Positions 50,150 to 60,804 of a stretch of 64,000 nt of DNA are shown piece after piece (positions within the stretch are counted from its first letter, which is position 1; each line of letters starts with the position of its first letter). Origin of the DNA: an uncultured cyanobacterium (GTDB lineage Bacteria > Cyanobacteriota > Cyanobacteriia > Leptolyngbyales > Leptolyngbyaceae); contig CAVYAN010000113.1 in NCBI GenBank assembly GCA_963766075.1, positions 32,845 through 96,844 of the forward strand, in the 5' to 3' direction. A model generated the notes under the pieces. The model did not search any database. It had not been told where the DNA came from and saw nothing but the letters and a program-made list of their open reading frames with translations. The position numbers and the translations under genes are program-made.

Positions 50150-50719
50150 TTAGTCCCGACAGCCTAGACTTTCTCGCGTCCCGATCCCGGTGACGGCATT
50201 CACACCGCTGGCCCGATCGCACAGCTTCGACAGGGTGTAGCGATCAATAATCGCGTCGGTAAAGTCGGCTCCAGTAATGTTCGCGTCCTCCAGAATGCTG
50301 TTGGACAACGTAGCCCCAGTAAAATTGGCATTGGTCAAGTCGGCTTTGTAAAGCGTAGTGCGATCGACCAAAGCATCTTGCAAATCCGCATTTGCCAAAT
50401 TCGCCCCCAAGAGATTCGCTTTGGTTAGCATTGCATTGCGCAGGTTGGCCCCGCTCAAATTGACGCCCCGCATTTCCGCCGCCACAAATTCCACCCCGGA
50501 GAGGTCGGCCTGGGCAAAGTTTTGATCGTTCAGTTCGGCATGGTTGTAGTTCAGTCCCCCGGTGAGGGCCAAGGCCGGAGTGGCCCCCAACAAAATCCAG
50601 AGCCAAGCCAGGGCGATCGCACACACAACCAATAGAAAACGCCAACAGACGGCCTGAACAGACCGATGAGAGGAGGCATTGGCAGACACTAGCGGGGAAG
50701 AAAATTCTAGGGGAGACAT
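50150..50719 (-). CDS. Pentapeptide repeat protein (lumenal type)
   Basis: Signal peptide, A(D/N)LxG repeats, C-terminal LC..ASG.N.VTG..TRESLGC. Confidence 0.9.
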   Translation of the reverse strand: MSPLEFSSPLVSANASSHRSVQAVCWRFLLVVCAIALAWLWILLGATPALALTGGLNYNHAELNDQNFAQADLSGVEFVAAEMRGVNLSGANLRNAMLTKANLLGANLANADLQDALVDRTTLYKADLTNANFTGATLSNSILEDANITGADFTDAIIDRYTLSKLCDRASGVNAVTGIGTRESLGCRD

Positions 50720-50848
50720 GGGCCTGTGATCGAGGGATCCCCGGATCTTAGCGCAGGTTTTGCGGATTGCGAGTTGTACCGCCCAACTCCGACCTGCCGT
50801 CCCCTCATTCACAGTCCCCTACGTTACATTTCTCTACTTCACATTTCT

Positions 50849-52138
50849 CTACTTCACATACTGGCTCCAATCATCGCCGAGGCGGAGGGTCAGGTCAGAG
50901 TCCAGATCCCCGGTGGAAGCGGCCTCAATCGTGCCAAATCCCAGGCGATCGCGGAAATCATTGGCCGCTTTGAGATCCCCCTGTTGGACAATGATTTGTG
51001 TTTGGCGCTGCTTATCCGCCCAGTCATCAATCACTACCGTGTTGGCAAACCCGAGGTCTACGAGATGCTGCCGGACTTTTTGGGCCGCATCGGGCTGGCT
51101 TGCGGCACTTTGAATCGCAATGCGCAAGCTGGTCGCGGGGCGCTCGGAGTCCGCAGCGGTGGCACGATCAGAATTCACCCCAAAGTATTGCTGCATGACG
51201 CGATCGCGGCCCGCCAAGTCCATCAGCCAATAGCTCGCCCTAAACTCATTCACCCCGCTGAACCGCCCTGGCAACATCACCATCTTGAGGTGCTGGCTCA
51301 GGCGGCGACCCGTGCCTACCAAAGCCAGCATCTCTTCCGGTGTCAGGTTGGTGTCGATGTACTTTTGCATATCACTCAGCAAAGCAGGCAGGCGAGGAAT
51401 CACCAGCGGATTCAGCAACTTCTGACGCACCGCCTGCAACAGCGCTTGCTGCCGCTGCACCCGTCCAATGTCCCCAAAACCATCGGCTCGGAAACGGGCA
51501 AACTGTTCCGCCTGGGAACCGTTGAGCTGCTGCCAGCCCACCTGGAGATCAATTTTGAGCTTTTGGGTTTTGTCTTCGTACTGCATCCGTTCCGGCACAT
51601 AAACCTCGACGCCCCCAATCAGATCAATAAACTCCCGAAAAGCATCGGTGCTGAACCGCACATAGCGATCAATCGGCACGCCCCCCAGATTCGCACTGAC
51701 GGTTTGAGCGGCCAGCTTGGCCCCACCTTGGACGTTGGCATCATTAATCTTAGTAATGGTACCGGCCATATCCACCTGGGTATCGCGGGGAATGGACAGC
51801 AGGCTAACGGCATTTTTCTCCGGATCAACTCGAATGAGCAGCATCGAGTCGCTGCGTCCGGTAAACATCTCTGGCGTGCCGGGACGAGCGCCGGGAACGC
51901 GATCAATGCCCATGACCAAAACATTCACAGGACGCGAAACATGGTAGCCCAATCCTGATTCCCACAGGTCTGCCAGCGATCGCGGCCCTTGGTCATTTAA
52001 TGTCCGCGGCAGGGGCAGCGTCAGCGCCACCGTTAGCCCCACCATGCCCGAAAGGAGAATGGCCGTCACCCCTACAACCCCCCGCAGGAGCCGATGGGGG
52101 AGAGTCAGTTGAGAAGGGACGGCGATCTGGCGGGCCAT
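50849..52138 (-). CDS. LCP (LytR-CpsA-Psr) family protein with LytR_C domain
   Basis: TM, NVLVMGID, GRSDSMLL, SIPRDT, RFR.DG.GDIGRVQRQQ. Confidence 0.92.
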   Translation of the reverse strand: MARQIAVPSQLTLPHRLLRGVVGVTAILLSGMVGLTVALTLPLPRTLNDQGPRSLADLWESGLGYHVSRPVNVLVMGIDRVPGARPGTPEMFTGRSDSMLLIRVDPEKNAVSLLSIPRDTQVDMAGTITKINDANVQGGAKLAAQTVSANLGGVPIDRYVRFSTDAFREFIDLIGGVEVYVPERMQYEDKTQKLKIDLQVGWQQLNGSQAEQFARFRADGFGDIGRVQRQQALLQAVRQKLLNPLVIPRLPALLSDMQKYIDTNLTPEEMLALVGTGRRLSQHLKMVMLPGRFSGVNEFRASYWLMDLAGRDRVMQQYFGVNSDRATAADSERPATSLRIAIQSAASQPDAAQKVRQHLVDLGFANTVVIDDWADKQRQTQIIVQQGDLKAANDFRDRLGFGTIEAASTGDLDSDLTLRLGDDWSQYVK

Positions 52139-52558
52139 GCTGCAAAGATCCTGGACTAGAGGGATGAGTCGTCGATGATTATAGCGCGTGGCCTTGGGCC
52201 AATTGGTTCGCGATCGACCTAAGACCGAGCCAGATCGTGGCCGACCCTGGAACGTAACCCCTGGCAAAGCCGTCAAGATTTCCTGATCCGGTCCCATCCA
52301 GGGTGAAAAGGGAAACAAGCCCCTAGAGAGTCTCTATCTTGAGAAACCTGTTTCTAAGAAACCGTTTCCAAACATCAAGTTCCTAAACATCGAGTTCCCA
52401 AGTTCATTAATTCCAAGACTCTAAAATTCCAAGACTCTAATCTGCTGGGGTGCAATCTACAAGCCACAGCAGCCATCTCTGGTCCCATGAATTCATGCCC
52501 AATTCATGCGGTGCCACCCATTGATTAATCTCTAATTACTATCAAGTTTGAGGATGCT

Positions 52559-55080
52559 GTGAAAAAGGATGCTGTGAAAAATCGGAATTGGCTTAACGTG
52601 GCGGAATATGGGTTACTGGCCGGAGCAGGGGTAGGCTCATTGGCAACGGTAGCCTCCCAGCAGATTTTATATGCGATCGCCCCCATGTCCGGGCTGTTTG
52701 TGCTGAATTTAGTGAATCGGCAACGGCTAGCCGCCTTAACCGAGGAAAAAGCTCAGGCTTTCGTGGTGCAGTTGGACCAGCATGTCACCGATGAACTGGC
52801 ACATTTACAAAAGCAAGTGCAAGTCTTGCCCAATTTCCTGGATCTGACCAGCCTCCGCAAAGCGATTTTGACCACCCAGCAAGAGCAAATCCAGGGCATC
52901 GCCACAGAGATAACGCAACTGCGGCAAAGCCGGGACCAAGCCGAATGGCACGTTATCCAACACGACGTGCGGCGGCTGCGGGAAAACTACGGCAGTTTGA
53001 CAGAATCCGTTGGCAGCATCACCAGCCAGCTTCATCGGTTGCAGTCCGGCCCCCAGACCGAGGTATTGGAACAGGCGATCGCCCAGCTCAAATCAGACGT
53101 CAGCCATATCAACAGCGCCCTACAAACCGTCAGCGATGAACAAAGCCAACTCAGCAGCCGGGGCTTTCAAGATCAAATCAATCACCTCAACCGCCGCATC
53201 AATAAACTGCCCACCCCCGTGGATGCCACCGCCCTGCAACAAGAGGTTGATGCCCTCGTAAAAATGATGGGCGATGTCCCCTCGCGGCGGGAATTGGCAC
53301 GGCTAACCATGCAGATCGAGCAGATCAGTCAAGACAACAGTGCGATCGAGCAATCCGTCACCCCCCTAAAACTAGCCACCGCCATCCTGAAAAAGCAATT
53401 GGACACCCTAGCCAGTCGCCTGTCGATCGCCACATCGGACCTGGAAATCGCCCACCCCCTGGCCGAATCCACCGCCGACCTGAAGATGACCACAATAGCC
53501 CTAGAGGCCAGACTGAGCCAGCTTTCTCTGGCCGCAACCCCCCACCTGCACGCCGAGGTGCAAACCCTGGTGACCAACCAGGTCGGAGCGTTGCAGCAAC
53601 AACTGGCCACCCTGCAGCACCTAACCCAAACCCTCGAACAGCAGCAGCGCCATTTGCGGGCCGTGGTCGCGGATGTCGCCAATGGCGTTCCCCCGAACCG
53701 GGACACCATTGCCCTGCAACTGGATACAGCGGCGCTGCATCATGAAGTCCAGGCCTTATCGGCACGGGTGGAATGGACCGAAGCCAGCCAAACCGAACTG
53801 CACACTCATCTGACAGCAGCCATTCAAGAGCAATTGCAGCGGGTGCTTCCCCAATTGCCCGAAATCTCAGCGGCGACAGATTATGAGTTGCTGTTTGATC
53901 TCAAGCCTCAGCAGATACAGATGCAGGATGTCCCGACCCAGGACGGCGCATCGATCTCCCTGCACTGGCCCCTGCACTGGCTCCTGCGCTGGCCCCTGCA
54001 CTAGGCTGTGGCCATCGCACCATGCTGGAACAGGCCCTGCAAACAGCCCAAGCCCGTCTGATTGTGGTCTATCCCTATCCCAGTCCCGAAAGTTTAAATA
54101 GCGCCATGGTTGCCCAGTTCCAACAATTTCTGGCGCGGGGTGGCTGTTTGGATATGGGTTGGGGGCATTTGGGCGAACTCAATGAGGGGCAACGGCCCCG
54201 CTCCATTCACAGCCGCCGTGCGATTGATGCCGTTGGCAGCAGCTATCTTTACGAGGTACTCAGCCAGCTCACGGACTTGAAGAAGCAGTTTCCCGATCGC
54301 TTCCGGTTCAAGGTCTTAGGCACGGATGAGAATTTTTTGGTGTGCGATCGCACCTACGCCGTTCTTGGGCTCCAGGGCATGCCCACGGCCAGCACCGTTT
54401 TCCCAGAGGCAGCCTTGGGCCTGCGGACCCGCAACAGCGATGTCATCCAAGGCTTGATCGAACGGTTCGACCATCCGGTGATTGCCGACCAGGATGCCCT
54501 GTCCTACTTCAACCGGGCCACAACGCGTTACGATTTGGGCGATCGCCAAGGCGCGATCGCTGACTATGACGAAGTACTGCGAATCAACCCCAGTGACGAT
54601 GTAGCCTACAATAACCGAGGCCTAGTGCGCTATGACCTAGGCGACAAGCGCGGGGCCATCACGGATTTTGAACTGGCGATTCAGGGCAATCCAGGCAACT
54701 TTGTGGCCTACTGCAATCGCGGCGTGCTGCGGGCGGAACTGGGCGATCGCGTGGGGGCGATCGAAGACTACACCACCGCGCTGCACATCAACCCCGACTA
54801 CGCCACCGCCTATCTTTACCGAGGACAGGCCCAGTCCAAAACCGACAATAAGGTGGCGGCGATCCAAGACTACAGCCAAGTGCTGCGCCTCCATCCCGAG
54901 AATGCCGCCGCTTACTTCTATCGCGGACTGACCTGCCTCAAAATGGGCCAGCGCCTAGAAGCCATCCGCGACCTGCGCCAAGCCGCCAAAATGTTTGCTG
55001 ACCAAGGTGACACTCAGAGCTATCAGCAAGTGGTCGATACCCTGCAAAAGTTACATCAACGGTTAGGGGATAGTGGCTGA
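52559..55080 (+). CDS. Membrane-anchored coiled-coil / PLD-like / TPR protein (one frameshift near 53950)
   Basis: N-terminal TMs and a long coiled coil. The alternative frame reads DLPALAPALAPALAPALGCGHRTMLE, continuous with ORF 54022-55080, which has a PLD-like segment and ~5 TPRs (AYNNRG..R..LGD..GAI.D). Confidence 0.8.
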
Positions 55081-55103
55081 GGGGCGCGGGGAGTTTTGGG
55101 CAG

Positions 55104-56120
55104 CTAGCTTTGCACTTTTAATTCATTCACAATCCCCGCTTTCAGCACTTGGCCAATGATTTCTTCAATGGGGGGATCGGTGACGGCGAGATCGGTAACG
55201 GCGAGTTCTGAGAGCAACTTGGCAACGGTTTGGGTAAGGAATTCCTGGGGAACCAAGAATTGCACGGACTGACCCTCAATTTCTTGGATCACGGCGGATT
55301 GCGCAGTAGCCAGTTGGGCCAAGGTCTCCCGGGGGTAGGGATGGCTCAGTTCAACGCGGACCGAGCGACAGGGGGCAAAACGACTGACGAGGCCGTCGAG
55401 GCTACCATCGTAGATTAGATGACCTTCGTGGATGACGAGAACGCGATCGCACAGGGCAGTGATATTTGCCATATAGTGGCTGGTGAGCAAAATTGTCGCT
55501 TTAAACCGTTGATTATAGTCCCGCAAAAAGTCGCGCACGCTGACTTGGGCGTTCACATCCAAACCCAGGGTGGGTTCATCCAGGAACAAGATTTGGGGTT
55601 GATGTAGGAGGGCAGCGAGGAATTCTGCTTTCATCCGTTCGCCGAGGGAGAGCTTGCGCACGGGCTGATGCAGCTTGTCTCCCAGGGAGAGCATAGTCCC
55701 CAGTTCCTCAACGCGCTGGTGGAATTGGCGATCGCTCAGACCATACACGGCGGCATTAATCCGCAGGGAATCGATGGCAGGTAAATCCCAAATGAGTTGT
55801 TGCTTTTGCCCCATGACTAGGGTAATTTTCTTCAAAAATCCTGCCTGCCGCTGAAAAGGCACATAGCCCGCGACGCTGACCTTCCCCGTGGAGGGATGAA
55901 TCAGTCCCGTTAGCATTTTCAGGGTGGTGGTTTTGCCCGCGCCATTTGCGCCCAAAAAACCAACGATTTCCCCCGGCTCGATCCGAAAGGAGACCGCCTG
56001 CACTGCTTTCACTTGGCGATAGTTGCGCTGGAAGAAATGCTGAAGGGTGCCGGATAGGCCAGGAGACTTCACGGCAACGGCATAGGTTTTGCTGAGGCGA
56101 TCGACATCAATGGAGGCCAT
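55104..56120 (-). CDS. ABC transporter ATP-binding protein (DrrA-like)
   Basis: GANGAGKTT, LSLGERMK, FLDEPT. Confidence 0.92.
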   Translation of the reverse strand: MASIDVDRLSKTYAVAVKSPGLSGTLQHFFQRNYRQVKAVQAVSFRIEPGEIVGFLGANGAGKTTTLKMLTGLIHPSTGKVSVAGYVPFQRQAGFLKKITLVMGQKQQLIWDLPAIDSLRINAAVYGLSDRQFHQRVEELGTMLSLGDKLHQPVRKLSLGERMKAEFLAALLHQPQILFLDEPTLGLDVNAQVSVRDFLRDYNQRFKATILLTSHYMANITALCDRVLVIHEGHLIYDGSLDGLVSRFAPCRSVRVELSHPYPRETLAQLATAQSAVIQEIEGQSVQFLVPQEFLTQTVAKLLSELAVTDLAVTDPPIEEIIGQVLKAGIVNELKVQS

Positions 56121-56396
56121 GGGTTCCTATCTGATTCTGAGGTGTTGGAGAATCTCGTGACAAGCTGCCGAGATGACGTTGCAGGGAGATGACTAGGATC
56201 TTACCCAAGCTCAGATGGCCTGGGGCACTCCAAGAATCTGTCAGTGAGATTTGCCAGTGAGATTTGTCAGTCCATCAATCAGGAGCCTGTCTGGAATCCC
56301 GCCATGGTCAAAAATGGCTCCGATTTAAAATCGATAGAGTCCAGCTTAGCAGCGACGGGGTAAGTCATTGTCAGGTAATAACATCAAGATATAGCT

Positions 56397-56461
56397 CCCT
56401 TCGACTCCGCTCAGGGAGCAGTTTTCAGTTCGTTGAGCGAGTCGAAACGAACTGAAAACTG
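56397..56461. repeat. CCCTTCGACTCCGCTCAGGG repeat and adjacent hairpin between mutS2 and the ABC ATPase gene
   Basis: Same TCGACTCCGCTCA core as at 5771 and 45254, then CAGTTTTCAGTTCGTT-gagcgagtcga-AACGAACTGAAAACTG. Confidence 0.75.
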
Positions 56462-56507
56462 TGAACCTATTGTTTGACAGCGCCTAAGGGAGGGCTGTTC
56501 CTGAAGG

Positions 56508-59072
56508 CTAGTCTAGGTAGGCAATGGTGACGCCCGCACCACCGTCTTCGCGGGGAGCTAGCTCGAACCGAGTCACTTGGGGATGGGCTTGCAGAAAGGC
56601 ATGGACGCCTTGGCGCAGTTTGCCAGTGCCATGCCCATGAATAATCCAGAGGGCACTGCCGACATTTTCAGCGATCGCCCGCTCCATTGCCGGTTCGGAA
56701 TCGGCCACCCGATTGCCGCGAATATCCAGCGTGTTGCGGCTGGTGCGAACCAGAGGTGGAGGGGTTGTAGGCTTTGGCGGTTCAATCTTAGCGTCGTTGC
56801 GGGGCTTGGACTCGACGGGCGGGGGGACTTTTTCACCGGCCAAGGATTCAATATCATCCAGACCAACAGTCATTTTCATTAGCCCAAAGCGGACGGTGAG
56901 TTCGCGGTCATCATTGGGGGCAGTCAGGACTTCGGCGGTTTGGCTAAGCCGGGGAATCCGGATGCGATTGCCCACCTTGGGCATGAACCCAGGTTTAGGT
57001 GGCGGCTGACGTTGCTGGCGAGAGGGCAACGCCTGCTCGCCAATTTGATTAATGGCGTCTGTCGCCTGCTGGGCGGCCTGAGCAGTCAGGGGGCCTTGTT
57101 GCAACTGGCGAATCACTTTAGCGATCTCTTGTTTTGCCTGGGCGATCGCCGCTTGTACGGTTTGTTCTTGGGCCAGTTGCAGCACCCGCTCGCGCTCCTT
57201 CAGGGCGGTTGCTTTGTCAGAAATTTGGCGATTGAGAATCTCTGCCTGGGCTAATAGTTGGGCGGCCTCATTGGATTTTTGTTCTTGCCGACGGCGCTGG
57301 GCTTCTAAGCCTGCAATCACTTCGTTCACATCCGCAGACTCCCCGCCTACATAGGTTTGCGCCTGTTGAATCACCTCCACACCGAGGCCAAGTCGTTGGG
57401 CGATCGCCAAGGCATTGGATCGGCCTGGAATTCCCCAGAGCAGGCGGTAGGTGGGCGATAGGGAGACATCATCAAATTCCACGGAGGCATTTTCAAACCG
57501 ATCGTCCCCGTACTTGAGGGCCTTCAGTTCTCCAAAGTGTGTCGTCGCCACGGTCAGTCCGGCACGGGTGGCCAAGTACTTCAGCAACGCGATCGCCAAG
57601 GCAGTACCCTCCGTGGGATCGGTGCCAGCCCCCACTTCATCCAGCAAGACTAAAGACAGGGGCGGAGCGATCTCCGAACTTGGCGAAGAGGCCGAGCTTG
57701 CGGGTGCACTGGGAGCCTTCAGGGCATCCAAAATGCGGACAATGCGGCGAATATGGCCCGAAAAGGTAGACAAACTTTGTTGCAGGGATTGCTCATCGCC
57801 AATATCGGCTAACACCTGATCAAACCAGGGCAGTTCCACGGGTTCCCGAGCAGGCACAAACAGCCCCACCTTGGCCATCAGGACTGCAAGCCCCAGGGTC
57901 TTGAGGGTGACGGTTTTGCCCCCCGTATTGGGTCCCGTAATTGCTACTACCCGAATATGGGGCTGAATCACCAAATCTACTGGGACAACGGCACTTCCGG
58001 ATTCGTGCTGCTGTTGCCAAACCAGCAAGGGATGACGCAGACGCCGCAAAACGATCGGATTTGGGCTGGTGCGCCGCGCCGCTGCGTCAGAAGTTGGGGG
58101 CTTTGGGCTTTGGGCACGATCTGCAGGAACAGCGGCGAGGGGCGCATCCGCAGGCAATCCAAAATCGGCCATCGGTAATCCAAAATCGATAAACCGGGGA
58201 GGATTGGCTTCTAGCCAAAGGCTGTAGCGGGCGCGAGCAGTGGCCAGGTCAAGGGTGGTGGCGATCGCCAGTAGTCTCTCCAAGTCGGGTTGCACGGCGG
58301 CAATTTTTTCCGTCAGCATTCGCCGAACGGTTTCTTCTTCAACTTGCTCTTGGCGCTGGAGGGTGCGCAATTGGTTGTTAGCGGTTACCACGGACTGGGG
58401 TTCAATGTAGAGAGTGGCACCGCTCATCGAGGTATCGTGAACGATGCCGGGAATCAGGTCTTTGTGGCTGGCCTTGACTGGTAGGACGTAGCGCCCAGAG
58501 CGCTGGGTAATCAGGGACTCCTGGATGGCGTTGGATTTACCTTGCAGGATGCGATGCAGCATCGTGTGGATGTGATCGCGCAGACTGCGCAGTTGCTCTC
58601 GTAGCCCGGTCAGCTTTGGGGTGGCGCGATCGGTGACTTGGGCGCGATCGTCGATGCAGTGGTGAATTTCCTGCTCTAGGTCAGGATAGGTGCGCAGGTC
58701 GGCCACTAAACTGTGCAGGACCGGGTAGGCTGTTTCGTCTTGCTGCTCAATCGTCCGACGCAGAGCGCGGCATCCGGCTAGAGTGGTGGCAATGCTGAGC
58801 AGTTCTTCTCCGGAAAGGATCGCTTGGAGTGCCGCCCGTTCCAGGGATGCGCCAATATCTTGGATCCCATCAAACTTTAGCCCGCTGGGCAGGCGGGTTT
58901 CAAGCGTATAGACTTCTTGGGTTTGATCCAGCAGGGATTGGGTTTCTGAGAGCGCCGTGGGAATACGCAGGTGACGGGCAGCGATCGCCCCCAGCTTAGT
59001 TGCGGCAAAGGTTGCGAGGTGTTGGCAAAGCCGCGACCATTCCAAAAGTTCGAGGGTTTCTGTCTGAATCAA
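56508..59072 (-). CDS. mutS2: Endonuclease MutS2
   Basis: ITGPNTGGKT, DIGDEQS..QSLSTFSGH, LLDEVGAGTDP.EG, C-terminal Smr domain (IIHGHGTG.LR). Confidence 0.95.
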   Translation of the reverse strand: MIQTETLELLEWSRLCQHLATFAATKLGAIAARHLRIPTALSETQSLLDQTQEVYTLETRLPSGLKFDGIQDIGASLERAALQAILSGEELLSIATTLAGCRALRRTIEQQDETAYPVLHSLVADLRTYPDLEQEIHHCIDDRAQVTDRATPKLTGLREQLRSLRDHIHTMLHRILQGKSNAIQESLITQRSGRYVLPVKASHKDLIPGIVHDTSMSGATLYIEPQSVVTANNQLRTLQRQEQVEEETVRRMLTEKIAAVQPDLERLLAIATTLDLATARARYSLWLEANPPRFIDFGLPMADFGLPADAPLAAVPADRAQSPKPPTSDAAARRTSPNPIVLRRLRHPLLVWQQQHESGSAVVPVDLVIQPHIRVVAITGPNTGGKTVTLKTLGLAVLMAKVGLFVPAREPVELPWFDQVLADIGDEQSLQQSLSTFSGHIRRIVRILDALKAPSAPASSASSPSSEIAPPLSLVLLDEVGAGTDPTEGTALAIALLKYLATRAGLTVATTHFGELKALKYGDDRFENASVEFDDVSLSPTYRLLWGIPGRSNALAIAQRLGLGVEVIQQAQTYVGGESADVNEVIAGLEAQRRRQEQKSNEAAQLLAQAEILNRQISDKATALKERERVLQLAQEQTVQAAIAQAKQEIAKVIRQLQQGPLTAQAAQQATDAINQIGEQALPSRQQRQPPPKPGFMPKVGNRIRIPRLSQTAEVLTAPNDDRELTVRFGLMKMTVGLDDIESLAGEKVPPPVESKPRNDAKIEPPKPTTPPPLVRTSRNTLDIRGNRVADSEPAMERAIAENVGSALWIIHGHGTGKLRQGVHAFLQAHPQVTRFELAPREDGGAGVTIAYLD

Positions 59073-59182
59073 GGGGGAGAAGAGTGAACGCTATCTCTAT
59101 TGTAAAGGGTTTACCGAACAGGCTGAAGGGGTTGGCAGGACAACCCGCTCTTCTCTGGCCGCTGTCCCTAGACACACCTTAC

Positions 59183-59551
59183 CTAGGCACCTCCCTCCTC
59201 GGAAATCACAGACACCCCATGGGTTTCCACGTGGGTGGCACCTTGAATGTCCAGCGCCATCTGAACCATCTGATTTAAACGGGAATGACTCAGCACCTGC
59301 CCCTGTAGAATTACTACCCCCCCGCGTTGCATGACAGTCACGGCAGCTAACTCATCAACAGAACATAGGGTTTGCCATGCAGTTTTGACCCGCTTGGTCA
59401 GACCACTGTGGTCATATTCACCATTGAGTCCCACGCGCTCTGGCGGAATCGACCGAAACACGGGATCTCTAACGACGGTGCAATCCAGCGTACCCGCGTC
59501 GGATCCTGGGTATCGTGCGTTGAATAGGGTTGTATGCACCTCAGACACCAT
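59183..59551 (-). CDS. BON-domain (phospholipid-binding) protein
   Basis: IPPERVGL.GEYDHSGL.KRV, QRG.VVIL.G.V, GAT.VET. Confidence 0.8.
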   Translation of the reverse strand: MVSEVHTTLFNARYPGSDAGTLDCTVVRDPVFRSIPPERVGLNGEYDHSGLTKRVKTAWQTLCSVDELAAVTVMQRGGVVILQGQVLSHSRLNQMVQMALDIQGATHVETHGVSVISEEGGA

Positions 59552-59743
59552 ATTTCAACCTCTTTATTGATGGCAAAAAGGCAAATTTAAGGCAAAGTTG
59601 AGATTATTGCGGTCTACTTATACGCGTTCGATTTTTATTTTGCAGACAAAGTGTAAATTTGAGATGTCATGAGATTTAGCAGCGGCAAGAAGCAAGAGAC
59701 CGCATTGCTGCCACTCTAACTTTTCATGAACTTTTCGTAAAGT

Positions 59744-59852
59744 CTACTGGAATTTGGATCGAATGAACCAACTGCAAGCCTTGGTGACATATCTGGTTAT
59801 TCCATAAAGTTTAAGCTACTGGAATTTGGATCGAATGAACCAATTGCAAGAC
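59744..59852. repeat. Pair of 37-bp direct repeats separated by 35 bp (CRISPR-like geometry, orphan)
   Basis: CTACTGGAATTTGGATCGAATGAACCAA[C/T]TGCAAG[C/A]C at 59744-59780 and 59816-59852. Confidence 0.85.
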
Positions 59853-60066
59853 TGTGGAGTGAGTTTTATCTAGAAAGGATTTAATTGATCAGACGAAGAC
59901 CCCTTCTCGAATCTATATCTAGCAAACGGGATCCGCGAGGTTCAACCCTTTCGTTCCCGTTTAGCGCAACAAAAATTTATGGGAAGTTCTAGCAGGTTTC
60001 AGGCAGGATCATCTCGAATCCGAGAATGTCCAATGCCTAAAAACTCGGAGCCGTCAATCCTCTGGG

Positions 60067-60180
60067 TTACAACCCAAGCTGATTGCCACGCCGATACTGC
60101 AAGTAGGCTGCCACAAACAACCCAGCCAAGGTGATCGGAATCAAGCCCAGAACGATGCCAGAAAGAAGCGGTTCAATCAA
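60067..60180 (-). CDS. petG: Cytochrome b6-f complex subunit V (PetG), 37 aa, TTG start; absent from the ORF track
   Basis: Manual translation [45 protein letters not shown] upstream. Confidence 0.95.
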   Translation of the reverse strand: MIEPLLSGIVLGLIPITLAGLFVAAYLQYRRGNQLGL

Positions 60181-60429
60181 GGTAAATCTCCTGTTGAGGA
60201 ATAAATTAATAGTTTGATTACTGTTCTAAGCATAGTACAGGGTCCACTCCGAAAGCGATCGTATCGGCAGATTCGTTTCTGAGTAACGATGGGACGCTTA
60301 CTTCCTGTTAAGAGCAAGGAATTGCAAAGATATTTAAACAGGCATTAAATTAGAACAAGCCAATGTTGAAGCAAGCGGATTTTCCGGGCTGCATCTTCAC
60401 ATTATTAAATAAATATAAATAAAACCCGC

Positions 60430-60804
60430 TTGAATAACCCGATTTTAATGCCTGATAAACCTGTGCCCCGATTTGCCCTTGCGATTGTGGTCCTATGTCT
60501 TGTTTTGGTTTTGGGTGTGATCAGCATTGCCCAGGCCCAGCGCGTTGACCCCTACGCCCAAGATGTTTTGGCGCGGGTGGGCAATGTGGTGCAGGGGCAT
60601 GCCATTTTCCAGGTTAATTGTGCGGGTTGTCATGGACCAGAGGCCGATGGGCGGGTGGGGCCGAGTCTGCGGCATGTGGGCGATCGCAAATCTCAGGTCC
60701 AATTGATTGAGCAAGTCATCAGTGGCAAAACTCCCCCCATGCCTAAATTTCAACCCCAAGCGCAGGAAATGGCGGACCTGCTGAGTTATCTAGAGAGCCT
60801 CTAG
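60430..60804 (+). CDS. cytM: Cytochrome cM
   Basis: N-terminal TM, DPY...VL...G...G.AIFQ.NCAGCHG, SGKTPPMPKFQP..QEMADLL.YL; divergent from petG. Confidence 0.9.
   Translation: MNNPILMPDKPVPRFALAIVVLCLVLVLGVISIAQAQRVDPYAQDVLARVGNVVQGHAIFQVNCAGCHGPEADGRVGPSLRHVGDRKSQVQLIEQVISGKTPPMPKFQPQAQEMADLLSYLESL

Noticed and set aside
50726..51958. 410-aa ORF on the + strand
   Set aside because: Antisense shadow of the well-supported LCP gene, with no recognisable motifs.
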